This document shows, piece by piece, positions 20,791 through 31,902 of a stretch of DNA of 64,000 nucleotides. The position numbers and the translations under genes are program-made. Origin of the DNA: Gemmatimonadales bacterium (GTDB taxonomy: Bacteria > Gemmatimonadota > Gemmatimonadetes > Gemmatimonadales > GWC2-71-9); the NCBI GenBank assembly GCA_036390255.1, contig DASWCE010000230.1, positions 5,701 to 69,700 of the forward strand. The letters run 5' to 3'. Within the stretch, counting starts at the first letter, position 1; each line of letters starts with the position of its first letter. The notes under the pieces are model-generated. The model did no database searches. It was not told the DNA's origin and worked only from the letters and a program-made list of their open reading frames with translations.

Positions 20791-22676
20791 ACGCGATGTT
20801 CCTCGTCCTCGCGCTCGCCGTGCAGCAACCTCAGGACACCGTCGTCCTCAAGCCGGTGGTCGTGACTGCGACCCGCGTCCCGGTGGCCGCAGACCTCGTC
20901 GCCTCCGCCGTGACTGTGCTGCGAGGCGTGGATCTCGTGGCGCAGGGAGTGCGGACGGTCGCCGACGCGCTGGAGACGGTCCCCGGGGTCCACATCGCTG
21001 AGACCGGGAGCTTCGGCGGCCAAACGTCGCTGTTCATGCGAGGCGGCGAGAGCGACTACGTAAAGGTGCTCCTGGACGGTGTGCCGCTGAATCAGGCGGG
21101 CGGCGGGATCGATCTTGCGCATCTGACTACCGATAACGTGGACCGCATCGAGGTCGTACGCGGCCCGGTCAGCGTGCTGTACGGCTCCGATGCGATGACG
21201 GGCGTCGTGCAGATCTTCACGCGCACCGGTGCAGGTCGGACACGGATCGGCGCGGACCTTCAGGCCGGAACCTACTCGTCGCTGGATGGGGCCCTCGATG
21301 TGGCGGGCGGAACGACGAGCATTGGTTACGCGGCGCGCGTCTCCCGATTCTCGTCCGACGGCTTGTATCCCTACAACAATCAGTACCGCAATACCGTGGT
21401 GAACGCCCGCACGACGGTCCGACCGGATGCGCGCACGGATGTGAGTCTCACGTATCGCTACGGCGACGACATCTATCATTTCCCGACCGACGGGTCCGGC
21501 GCCCCCGTGGACTCGAATCAACGCGCCGCCGAGCGAGGCCCGCTGTTCAGTCTCGCCGCCGAGCGGGTGGTCGGCAGCCACGTGAACGCACGGATCAGCG
21601 CAGCCCTCAAAGAGTCGCGGCTGTTTTTTAACGATGAACCCGATTCCCCGGGAGAGGACGGCACGTTCTGGAGCCGTGACTGGATACGGCGCGCGACGAC
21701 GAGCGGGCTGCTCACCTGGAGCGCCCCCGCAGGTCTCACCCTCACAGGTGGAATCGAGTACGAAGACGAGCGGCAGCGCGGCACCAGCCAGTTCAGCGCC
21801 TCATACGGCACTTTCCCCGATTCGATCGGCGTGCAACGTCACAACACCGGGTACTTCACTCAGGCGATGATCTTCCGCGGGCACGCCGCCCTGACGCTGG
21901 GCGGGCGGTTGGACGACAACTCGCAGTTCGGCACGCACACCACATATCGGACGGGTTTGGTCTATCGCCTCCCTGCAGCGATGCGCCTGCGCGCCTCGGT
22001 GGGAACGGGGTTCAAAGAGCCGACTTTCTTCGAGAACTTCGCGCATGGCTTCGTGACGGGAAACCCGGCGCTCGATCCGGAGCGCTCGCGCAGCTGGGAA
22101 GTCGGGATGGAGCGCGGCGGGATTGCGCTGACCTATTTCAATCAGCGATTCCGTGGTCTGATCGAGTACAATCCGGCGCCCCCGGCGGGGCAGCCGAACT
22201 ACTTCAACGTCGACGGCGCGGTCGCCACCGGCGTGGAGGCCGAGGCCGCGGCCGCGTTTTCCCGCTCCATCACCGGGTCGCTGTGCTACACGTATCTCCA
22301 CACGCGCGTCGTCGAGTCCGGCGCGCCGAGCGATCCCGACGGGCTGTTCGTGCCCGGCAAGCCGCTCATTCGCCGGCCGGCGCACACGATCACGCCACAG
22401 CTCGCCGTGACGTGGGGCGGCGCCCGTATGAGCCTTGGGGCGCTCTGGGTAGGGAAGCGCGACGATCTCGATTTCGGCCGTCCCGCGGGGCAGCGGCGAG
22501 TCGCGGTGCAACCCTATACGCGCGTCAATCTCGCCGTCGAATACGGATTGGAACGGGGACGCATCGTGGTGACGGGCCGTGCCGCAAACCTCTTCAACGA
22601 CCACCGCGAAGACCTGCCCGGGTTCCGCGTCCTCGGCCGGACGATCTTCCTTGGGGTACGAGTGGGGGTTGATTAG
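20787..22676 (+). CDS. TonB-dependent outer-membrane receptor (BtuB-like)
   Basis: Signal peptide, plug segment VVVTATRVP...FMRGGESDYVKVLLDGVPLN, and a long beta-barrel region; ATGA overlap with the ATPase. Confidence 0.9.
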   Translation: MNAMFLVLALAVQQPQDTVVLKPVVVTATRVPVAADLVASAVTVLRGVDLVAQGVRTVADALETVPGVHIAETGSFGGQTSLFMRGGESDYVKVLLDGVPLNQAGGGIDLAHLTTDNVDRIEVVRGPVSVLYGSDAMTGVVQIFTRTGAGRTRIGADLQAGTYSSLDGALDVAGGTTSIGYAARVSRFSSDGLYPYNNQYRNTVVNARTTVRPDARTDVSLTYRYGDDIYHFPTDGSGAPVDSNQRAAERGPLFSLAAERVVGSHVNARISAALKESRLFFNDEPDSPGEDGTFWSRDWIRRATTSGLLTWSAPAGLTLTGGIEYEDERQRGTSQFSASYGTFPDSIGVQRHNTGYFTQAMIFRGHAALTLGGRLDDNSQFGTHTTYRTGLVYRLPAAMRLRASVGTGFKEPTFFENFAHGFVTGNPALDPERSRSWEVGMERGGIALTYFNQRFRGLIEYNPAPPAGQPNYFNVDGAVATGVEAEAAAAFSRSITGSLCYTYLHTRVVESGAPSDPDGLFVPGKPLIRRPAHTITPQLAVTWGGARMSLGALWVGKRDDLDFGRPAGQRRVAVQPYTRVNLAVEYGLERGRIVVTGRAANLFNDHREDLPGFRVLGRTIFLGVRVGVD

Positions 22677-22714
22677 CTTCCAGTTCTCGTACTTCCCCGT
22701 TGGAGGCTGGGTCG

Positions 22715-24682
22715 ATGCGTCGTCTCGTTGTCGTTGCGTGGTTCGCGCTGGTTGCAGGCCCCCTGTTCTCGCAAGCTCCCCGGATCACCCCGGCCGGGGA
22801 TCCGTCGGTCCGGAACGACACGATCTACAAGCTGGCCGTGAATCCCGCCGATTATCCCGATGACGACTACGTCTACCTGCTCGATGACGGTGTCGTGCGG
22901 TTCGAGCCGGACGGCCGCAGCAGCCGCACCTACCGGCAAGTCGTCCAGATTCTGAACCAGGACGGCGCGGAGGCGTGGGGGGAACAGAGCTTTTCCTACT
23001 CGGGCGGCTCCGAGAAGCTAACGATCAACTGGATCCGGGTCGTCAAACCCAGCGGCGAAGTCGTCAGCGCGAAGCCCGCCCACGAGCAGGAGTCACTCGC
23101 GCCGGTCGCCTTGGACGCGCCCGTGTACTCCGATGAGAAAGTGCATCGCGTGACGCTGAGCGGCGTCGCGCCCGGCACGCTGGTCGACTGGAGTTACACC
23201 GTCGAACGCGTGAAACCGCTCGTCCCGGGCGATTACTACAGCGGCTGGCGGGTGACGAATGGCGTCCTGACGCGCCGCTCGCGCCTTATCGTTGACGTGC
23301 CAGCCTCCGTCACGCCCCGGATCCAGGAACACAACGTGCATTTCAAGCGGCTGGACGACGAGTCGCGCGGTCGCCGCGTCTACACCTGGGCCACGAAGGA
23401 GGTACAGAAGATTCAAGGCGAGCCGTTCGCGGCGTCGCCCAACACGCTCTCGGTGCATATCGACGTGGTCTCACCGATCACATGGGGCGAACTCGCCCGC
23501 TGGTATGCCAAGCTTTCGGCGGGCCGTTACACGCTGAACCCGGCCCTCGAAGCCCAACTCGCCGAACATGTGAAGGACGCGCACTCGCTGGAGGATTCGC
23601 TGCGGGCCGTACATCGCTGGGTGTCGCAGGATTTTCGGTACGTCTCGCTGTCCCTCGGCATTGGCGGCTATCTGCCGCGGCTGCCCGCCCAGGTGCTCGA
23701 AACGCGCTATGGTGACTGCAAGGACAAGGCGACGCTGTTCATCGCGCTGGTGCGAAGACTCGGTCTCACTGCCTATCCGGTGTTGCTGAGCTCCAGCGGC
23801 AACGCCGATTCGACGCTGCCGACCGTACAGCAATTCGATCACATGATTGCCGCCGTCGATCGCCCTGGGAAAAGCGGCGGGCGCATTTATCTGGACCTCA
23901 CGTCGGAGCTGACTCCCTACGGCGAGCTGCCGCCGGCAGAGGAAGGCTCTTTCGTCCTCGTCGTGCACGACGATGGCACGGTCGAGCAAGTCACGCTGCC
24001 ACTGAGTTCGCCATCCGCGAACCGCTCCGAGACACGCATTGTGGGTGAGCTCAACGCCGACGGACATTTCACGGGCCGCTACACCGAGACCAAGGGTGGC
24101 GGTCTGCAGTACGGGCTGCGACGCGCGTACGCGCGTGTGTTCAGCAAGGACGAGCTGAGTCGCCTGACCCAGGCGCTCGCCAACGGCGTGTTCTCGGGGG
24201 CCTCGGGCGACAGCCTGAAGCTGTTCGACGGCCGCGACCTGCAGGCGAAACCGCAGGTGACCCTGCTTGTTCATGACGCCCCGGTGCTGTCCAGCACCGG
24301 CGGGACACGCATCTTCACGCTGCCCACGGCCCTCCCGAACTTTTCCTCGCTCGGCCTTGCCTCCCAGCTCGAGCGCCGCAAGCCGCGTCGTTTTCCGATC
24401 GATATTTCAGAGGTCATCGGACCCATCGAGAGCGAGGCGGAGCTGCGGATGATGCTCCCGCCGGGGTGGAAGGCCGAGCTGCCGCCCAACATCGCGGAAT
24501 CGAGTCCGTTCGGCAGCTACAAGGCCGAGTACGCCCAGGACGGGCGCGAGCTGCGGGTCACGCGCCGCATGACGGGCCGGCGCGGCACGGCGCCGCCGGA
24601 CAGTGTTGATGCGCTCATCGCCTGGCTGCGCGCGATCTCCAAGGACGACGTGAAGTTCATCGTCCTGCAACCGGGGAAGTGA
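22715..24682 (+). CDS. Exported DUF3857-like / transglutaminase-like domain protein
   Basis: GGAGG 8 nt before ATG 22715, signal peptide MRRLVVVAWFALVAGPLFSQA, and transglutaminase-core Cys context RYGDCKDKATLFIALVRRLG. Confidence 0.75.
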   Translation: MRRLVVVAWFALVAGPLFSQAPRITPAGDPSVRNDTIYKLAVNPADYPDDDYVYLLDDGVVRFEPDGRSSRTYRQVVQILNQDGAEAWGEQSFSYSGGSEKLTINWIRVVKPSGEVVSAKPAHEQESLAPVALDAPVYSDEKVHRVTLSGVAPGTLVDWSYTVERVKPLVPGDYYSGWRVTNGVLTRRSRLIVDVPASVTPRIQEHNVHFKRLDDESRGRRVYTWATKEVQKIQGEPFAASPNTLSVHIDVVSPITWGELARWYAKLSAGRYTLNPALEAQLAEHVKDAHSLEDSLRAVHRWVSQDFRYVSLSLGIGGYLPRLPAQVLETRYGDCKDKATLFIALVRRLGLTAYPVLLSSSGNADSTLPTVQQFDHMIAAVDRPGKSGGRIYLDLTSELTPYGELPPAEEGSFVLVVHDDGTVEQVTLPLSSPSANRSETRIVGELNADGHFTGRYTETKGGGLQYGLRRAYARVFSKDELSRLTQALANGVFSGASGDSLKLFDGRDLQAKPQVTLLVHDAPVLSSTGGTRIFTLPTALPNFSSLGLASQLERRKPRRFPIDISEVIGPIESEAELRMMLPPGWKAELPPNIAESSPFGSYKAEYAQDGRELRVTRRMTGRRGTAPPDSVDALIAWLRAISKDDVKFIVLQPGK

Positions 24683-24704
24683 CGTAGGCGGCGCCGCGCG
24701 CATC

Positions 24705-25541
24705 GTGTCGCTGCTGCCGAGCGCAACCGAAATCGTGTGCGCGCTCGGACTCGAGGACCGGCTCGTCGGGATTTCGCACAGCTGCGACTATCCGCCGAGC
24801 GTCACTGAGCTCCCCAGACTGACTCGGCCGCGCCGCAATCTCGACGGTCTCTCGAGCGCTGAGATCGATGCCGCGGTGCGCGCGGCGCTGCGCGAGGATG
24901 GCAGTGTCTACGCGATCGATATCAATGCCATCAATGCGCTCGAGCCAGACCTCATTCTCACACAGGGCATCTGTGATGTGTGTGCGGTGCCGGAGACGCA
25001 GGTCGTCGAAAGCTTTGTTGCGGGCACACGGATTCTCGCGCTGGATGCGCATGACGTCGCCGCCATCTTCCAGAGTATCCGCAACGTCGGTGGTGCGACC
25101 GGCGCCATCGTGCAGGCAGACGCCTTGATTGCCCACATGCGCCAGCGCATTGAGGCAGTTCGCCGGCGTGTCGCCGATCGGCCGCGGCCGCGCGTTCTCG
25201 CGCTCGAGTGGCTCGATCCACCCTACGTGCCCGGCCATTGGGTGCCGGAGCTGATAGACATCGCGGGCGGCGAGCTCGTCGCGGGGACGGCTCGGCGGCC
25301 CTCCTACCGTGTGGAATGGTCCGACCTCCACGCGCTGGCCCCCCACCCCGACGTGGTGTTGGTCATGCCGTGCGGGTTCGATCTCGTGGAGACGCGGCGC
25401 GAGGCTTCGCGCTACGCGACGCGGCTGCAGGGCCTCGCGGGGGCCGTGCATTGCCTCGACGCGTCCGCGTACTTCAGCCGATCGGGTCCGCGCATCGTGG
25501 ACGGACTGGATATGCTCGCGTCGGCTATATTTTCCTCGTGA
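24705..25541 (+). CDS. BtuF/periplasmic-binding-protein-fold paralogue lacking a signal peptide
   Basis: Begins directly at VSLLPSATEIVCALGLEDRLVGISHSCDYPP. No in-frame ATG/GTG/TTG between the upstream in-frame stop (24651) and 24705. Confidence 0.75.
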   Translation: MSLLPSATEIVCALGLEDRLVGISHSCDYPPSVTELPRLTRPRRNLDGLSSAEIDAAVRAALREDGSVYAIDINAINALEPDLILTQGICDVCAVPETQVVESFVAGTRILALDAHDVAAIFQSIRNVGGATGAIVQADALIAHMRQRIEAVRRRVADRPRPRVLALEWLDPPYVPGHWVPELIDIAGGELVAGTARRPSYRVEWSDLHALAPHPDVVLVMPCGFDLVETRREASRYATRLQGLAGAVHCLDASAYFSRSGPRIVDGLDMLASAIFSS

Positions 25542-26341
25542 GTCTCGTTTCGACACCGGCTGTCGTTCTCCGAACCTACCGCTACAGCGAGACCTCCAAG
25601 ATCGTGCGCCTGGCCACGCGCGACTACGGCGTGCAGAGCGCGATCGCCAAGGGCGTGCTGCGGCCCCGGAGCCCGTTCGGGGCGGCGCTCGAGACGTTGA
25701 GCGAAGGTGTGGCGCAGCTCTATCACAAAGAGACGCGCGAGCTCCAGACACTCGCCGCGTTCGACGTCATCCAGCTCCGGCGCGGCCTGGCGGATGACGT
25801 GGGCCGGTTTGCCGGCGCGGCGGCGCTGTCCGAAGTGATGCTGAAGATGGCCCCGCCCGCACCCTTGCCGGCCGCCTACGAGGCGTTCATCCGGGGACTG
25901 GATGCGCTGGTCCGAGCCGAAGCGGGACAGACCGATGCGGCAGCGGTGCGTTGGCTGTGGCTGCTCGTTGGGGTCCTCGGCTTCGCGCCGCAGCTCGACG
26001 CCTGTGTCCGAGACGGCACCGCCGTATCGGGGACCGTCGCATTCAGCGTTGCCGAAGGTGGCGTGCTCTGCGCGAAATGCGCGGCGTCGCCCCCGCAGAC
26101 GCCGGCCAAGCTGCCGCCGCAAGCCTATCGCGATCTCGTCGCCTTGAATGATGAACAGGCGCCACTGCCCGCGCTCGATGCCCCGCATGCCGCGGCCCAT
26201 CGGCGGCTCATCGCCCGCTTCGTCCGGCACCATCTCGACGAGACGCGGCGCAATGGCAGTGAACCGAAGTCGAGCGCCATAGACATCTGGGAGCGTCGCG
26301 CGTGGGTCCCCCCCCCGCCCCCCCCGCCTCCCGCTTCGTAG
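25538..26341 (+). CDS. recO: DNA repair protein RecO
   Basis: [27 protein letters not shown]-fold N-terminus and zinc-finger-like CVRDG...CAKC; GTGA overlap with the upstream stop. C-terminus is a run of eight prolines. Confidence 0.85.
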   Translation: MSLVSTPAVVLRTYRYSETSKIVRLATRDYGVQSAIAKGVLRPRSPFGAALETLSEGVAQLYHKETRELQTLAAFDVIQLRRGLADDVGRFAGAAALSEVMLKMAPPAPLPAAYEAFIRGLDALVRAEAGQTDAAAVRWLWLLVGVLGFAPQLDACVRDGTAVSGTVAFSVAEGGVLCAKCAASPPQTPAKLPPQAYRDLVALNDEQAPLPALDAPHAAAHRRLIARFVRHHLDETRRNGSEPKSSAIDIWERRAWVPPPPPPPPAS

Positions 26342-28191
26342 TCGGCACGGCCGGCCACATCGACCACGGTAAGACGGCGCTCGTGAAGGCCCTCACCGGA
26401 GTCGACACGGACCGTTGGGAAGAGGAGAAGCGCCGCGGGATCACGATCGATCTCGGATTCGCCCCGTTGCCACTACCGGGCGGCATTCACGCCAGCGTCG
26501 TCGATGTGCCCGGTCACGAAGGATTCGTCAAGAACATGCTCGCCGGGGCGACCGGCATCGATGTCGCGCTGCTCGTCATCGCCGCCGATGAAGGCATCAT
26601 GCCGCAGACGGAGGAGCATCTCGCCATCGTCGAGCTGCTCGGCGTGCGCCGCGGCATTCCGGTCCTCACCAAGCGCGATCTCGTGGATGACGAGTGGCTG
26701 GGACTGGTGCGCAACGAAGTCGCTGAGCGCCTCTCCCGCAGCAAGGTGCGGTGGCACGCGCCGATCCCCGTTAGCGCTCTCAACGGCGAGGGGTTGGAGG
26801 ATCTGAAACAAGCGTTGGTGGAAGTTGTGGAGGACCTGCGTGAACGGCCTGCGGGCGACCTGTTTCGCTTGCCAATCGACCGCGTCTTCGCACTCGCCGG
26901 AGCGGGGACGGTTGTGACGGGCTCGACGTGGAGCGGGACTGTTTCGGCGGGCGGCAACGTTCGACTCCTCCCCTTGGACCGGGAAGCTCGCGTGCGGTCG
27001 ATCCAAGTACACGGTCAGGACGCGGGGCAGGCGGGCCCGGGCCGCCGCACCGCCCTGGCGCTGGTTGGGGTCGCCAAAGAGGAGATCGAGCGCGGGCACG
27101 TCGCCGTGACCGGCTCAGGTTGGACAGCGACGAGCACGCTCGATGTGGCGCTCGAGCTGCTTCCCGCAGCCCGCAAGCCGCTGGCCGCACGAACCCGCAT
27201 TCGTGTGCATCTCGGCACGGCCGAGGTGCTGGGGCGCGTGGCGCAGGTGCGGGCGATCGCCCCCGGCGCGTCCGATTTGGCGCGGCTGCTGCTCGAGCGG
27301 CCGCTCGTGGCGCGCGGCGGCGACCGCTTCGTCATTCGGAGCTTCTCGCCGGTCACGACCATAGGGGGGGGCGAAGTGCTCGACCCCTTTCCGCCCAAGC
27401 GCCCCCGCATATCCGAGCGCGGCCTGTCGGTTGGCCAAGCCCCCGCCGAACGGCTCGCGCGCTTCGTGGATGAAGCCGGTGTTGCCGGCTTGCGTGCTGG
27501 CGACATCACTGTGCGCCTCGGCATTCTCCCGGCGGACGTCCCTGCCACGATCGCGGCGACCGGCAAGGCCGTCCTGTCCGTAAGCGAGTTTCTGGTCGCG
27601 CGTCGCGCGCTTACGGCGGAGGTGGAGCGGCTCACCAGTGTGGTGGCCGCGCATCACCAGCAACACCCCCTCGACCCTGGCCTGTCGCTGCAGGCGTTAC
27701 GAGCGGGCGTCAACGCTCCGCCGACTGTGCTCGACCTTCTGGTCGAGCACGGCGTGAAGAAGCAGGCGTGGGAGGTGGTAGAGGGCGGCGCCGCCGTCCG
27801 AAAGCCTGGATGGAGTGCGGCGCTCAAGGCGCGAGCGAACGATGCCGGCGGCAGACTGGCGCAGCGCTTGGCCGAAGCCCGGTGGCAGTTGCCCACGGTC
27901 TCAGAATTGCAGCGTGAGTTCTCGGATCCATCCGTCCCGGCCCTCCTCGCGCATCTGGCGCGCGAAGGTTCACTTGAGCGCGTAGATCAGGAGCGCTATG
28001 CCCCAAAGGAGGCGTTGGACGAATTCCGACGCGCGGTCGAGGAGACGCTACGCGAGCTGGGCGCCGCCACGCCTGCACAGTTTCGGGATAGGCTCGGTCT
28101 GACGCGCAAGTACTTGATACCGCTGCTCGAGTGGGCCGACCGGCGGGGCATCACCAGCCGTAAGGGAGATACTAGGGTTCTCCGTGCTTGA
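26302..28191 (+). CDS. selB: Selenocysteine-specific translation elongation factor
   Basis: G-domain [27 protein letters not shown] and TKRD, plus a long C-terminal winged-helix-type extension (629 aa). Confidence 0.9.
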   Translation: MGPPPAPPASRFVVGTAGHIDHGKTALVKALTGVDTDRWEEEKRRGITIDLGFAPLPLPGGIHASVVDVPGHEGFVKNMLAGATGIDVALLVIAADEGIMPQTEEHLAIVELLGVRRGIPVLTKRDLVDDEWLGLVRNEVAERLSRSKVRWHAPIPVSALNGEGLEDLKQALVEVVEDLRERPAGDLFRLPIDRVFALAGAGTVVTGSTWSGTVSAGGNVRLLPLDREARVRSIQVHGQDAGQAGPGRRTALALVGVAKEEIERGHVAVTGSGWTATSTLDVALELLPAARKPLAARTRIRVHLGTAEVLGRVAQVRAIAPGASDLARLLLERPLVARGGDRFVIRSFSPVTTIGGGEVLDPFPPKRPRISERGLSVGQAPAERLARFVDEAGVAGLRAGDITVRLGILPADVPATIAATGKAVLSVSEFLVARRALTAEVERLTSVVAAHHQQHPLDPGLSLQALRAGVNAPPTVLDLLVEHGVKKQAWEVVEGGAAVRKPGWSAALKARANDAGGRLAQRLAEARWQLPTVSELQREFSDPSVPALLAHLAREGSLERVDQERYAPKEALDEFRRAVEETLRELGAATPAQFRDRLGLTRKYLIPLLEWADRRGITSRKGDTRVLRA

Positions 28192-28215
28192 CAGCGGCTG
28201 AGCGCTTCCTAGTTT
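28188..28215 (+). promoter_or_regulatory. Putative sigma70-type promoter for the 28303 gene
   Basis: TTGACA (28188-28193, overlapping the selB stop), 16-nt spacer, TAGTTT (28210-28215). Consensus for this lineage is unknown. Confidence 0.3.
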
Positions 28216-28302
28216 TTTCAGTGCAGGATCAAACCTTTGCGCCCTGTACCAACAAGGAGAGCGGTCTAAACGCATCTTTACGTTTGCAGAGGAGTCGGTG
28301 AG

Positions 28303-28749
28303 ATGAAGCTGTACGCCTGGGCATTGCTGGCGGGGGGGCTCGGGGGGGGGCTGCTAGCGGGAGGAGTTGACGGCGTCTTGGGGCAAGCAACGCCCCCACC
28401 GCTGGTGGAGCTCAAGCAGAACTATCCGAACCCGTTCAATCCGGCGACCACGATCCCGTTCACGTTGAACGGTGATCTGTTTGCCAATGGTCATCGGCCG
28501 AAGGTATCGCTCAAGATTTACAACGTGCTGGCGCAGCTGGTCGCGGTGCCAATCCTTCAGGGCACGGGCGAAGCGCTGGCGGATCTTGAGCTGACGTGCG
28601 CAACGGCAGGATCCGCTCCGTGTGCGTTCAGCGCGTACTGGGACGGCAACGTACTGAACACGGCTACGCCGGCCGCGTCCGGCGTCTACATCTATCAGCT
28701 GGTTGTAGACGGGCGGAGGTTTACGAAGAAGATGATTGTCATGAAGTAA
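28303..28749 (+). CDS. Small secreted protein consisting of a signal peptide plus T9SS-type/FlgD-Ig-like C-terminal domain
   Basis: GAGGAG RBS, Gly-rich signal peptide [21 protein letters not shown], then [19 protein letters not shown]...[13 protein letters not shown]...WDG...[23 protein letters not shown]. Confidence 0.7.
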   Translation: MKLYAWALLAGGLGGGLLAGGVDGVLGQATPPPLVELKQNYPNPFNPATTIPFTLNGDLFANGHRPKVSLKIYNVLAQLVAVPILQGTGEALADLELTCATAGSAPCAFSAYWDGNVLNTATPAASGVYIYQLVVDGRRFTKKMIVMK

Positions 28750-28754
28750 GAGGT

Positions 28755-28781
28755 GCGGCCGGTGGCTTCATCACCGGCCGC
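28755..28781 (+). terminator. Putative intrinsic terminator hairpin
   Basis: Perfect 10-bp GC-rich stem gcggccggtg / caccggccgc with 7-nt loop, 6 nt after the stop; only a weak T-rich tail (gctgtcattt). Confidence 0.45.
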
Positions 28782-28832
28782 GCTGTCATTTCGGCACCTT
28801 CCCTCGGCACGCCCGTTGCTTTAGGGTCAGGC

Positions 28833-31448
<2,616 letters not shown>

Positions 31449-31452
31449 AGGC

Positions 31453-31902
31453 ATGGCCGCCGCGCTTGAGCAGGCGCGGCGTGCCGCTGCCCAAGACGAA
31501 GTGCCGATCGGTGCCGTTGTCATGCGCGGCGACGAGATCGTCGCCGAGGCGCACAACGAAACCGTCGCGCGCAAAAATCCCACCTATCATGCGGAGTTTC
31601 TGGCCATCGTGCGGGCGCTCGAGGCGTTAGAGACGGATCGGCTCACCGACTGTACGCTCTACGTCACGATCGAGCCGTGCGCGCAGTGCGCCGGCGCTAT
31701 CGTGCTGGCGAAGGTCGCGAAAGTCGTGTTTGGCGCGTACGATGAGAAAGCGGGGATGTGCGGGTCGGTGGGAGACATCGTGCGGCATCCCCGATTGAAC
31801 CACCGCGTGGATGTCCAAAGTGGGGTCGAAGCTGAAGCCTGCACGGAGTTGATTAGAGATTTTTTTGCAGCAAAACGCCCAGCGCCTCAGCCGCCTCGCT
31901 GA
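31453..31902 (+). CDS. tadA: tRNA-specific adenosine deaminase
   Basis: EVPIGAVV, HAEFLAI and VTIEPCAQCAGA zinc-deaminase motifs. Confidence 0.9.
   Translation: MAAALEQARRAAAQDEVPIGAVVMRGDEIVAEAHNETVARKNPTYHAEFLAIVRALEALETDRLTDCTLYVTIEPCAQCAGAIVLAKVAKVVFGAYDEKAGMCGSVGDIVRHPRLNHRVDVQSGVEAEACTELIRDFFAAKRPAPQPPR

Noticed and set aside
28596-28832. N-terminal extension of the clpB ORF (the track starts it at 28596, overlapping the small secreted-protein gene). Similar upstream extensions occur for recO (25208), the citrate synthase (44295), moxR (56154), rluB (53374), the btuC-like gene (18881), ahcY (15099) and others.
   Set aside because: The conserved N-termini begin at internal starts that coincide with the upstream gene's stop codon. 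The extended parts are Arg/Pro-rich and overlap real genes in another frame.
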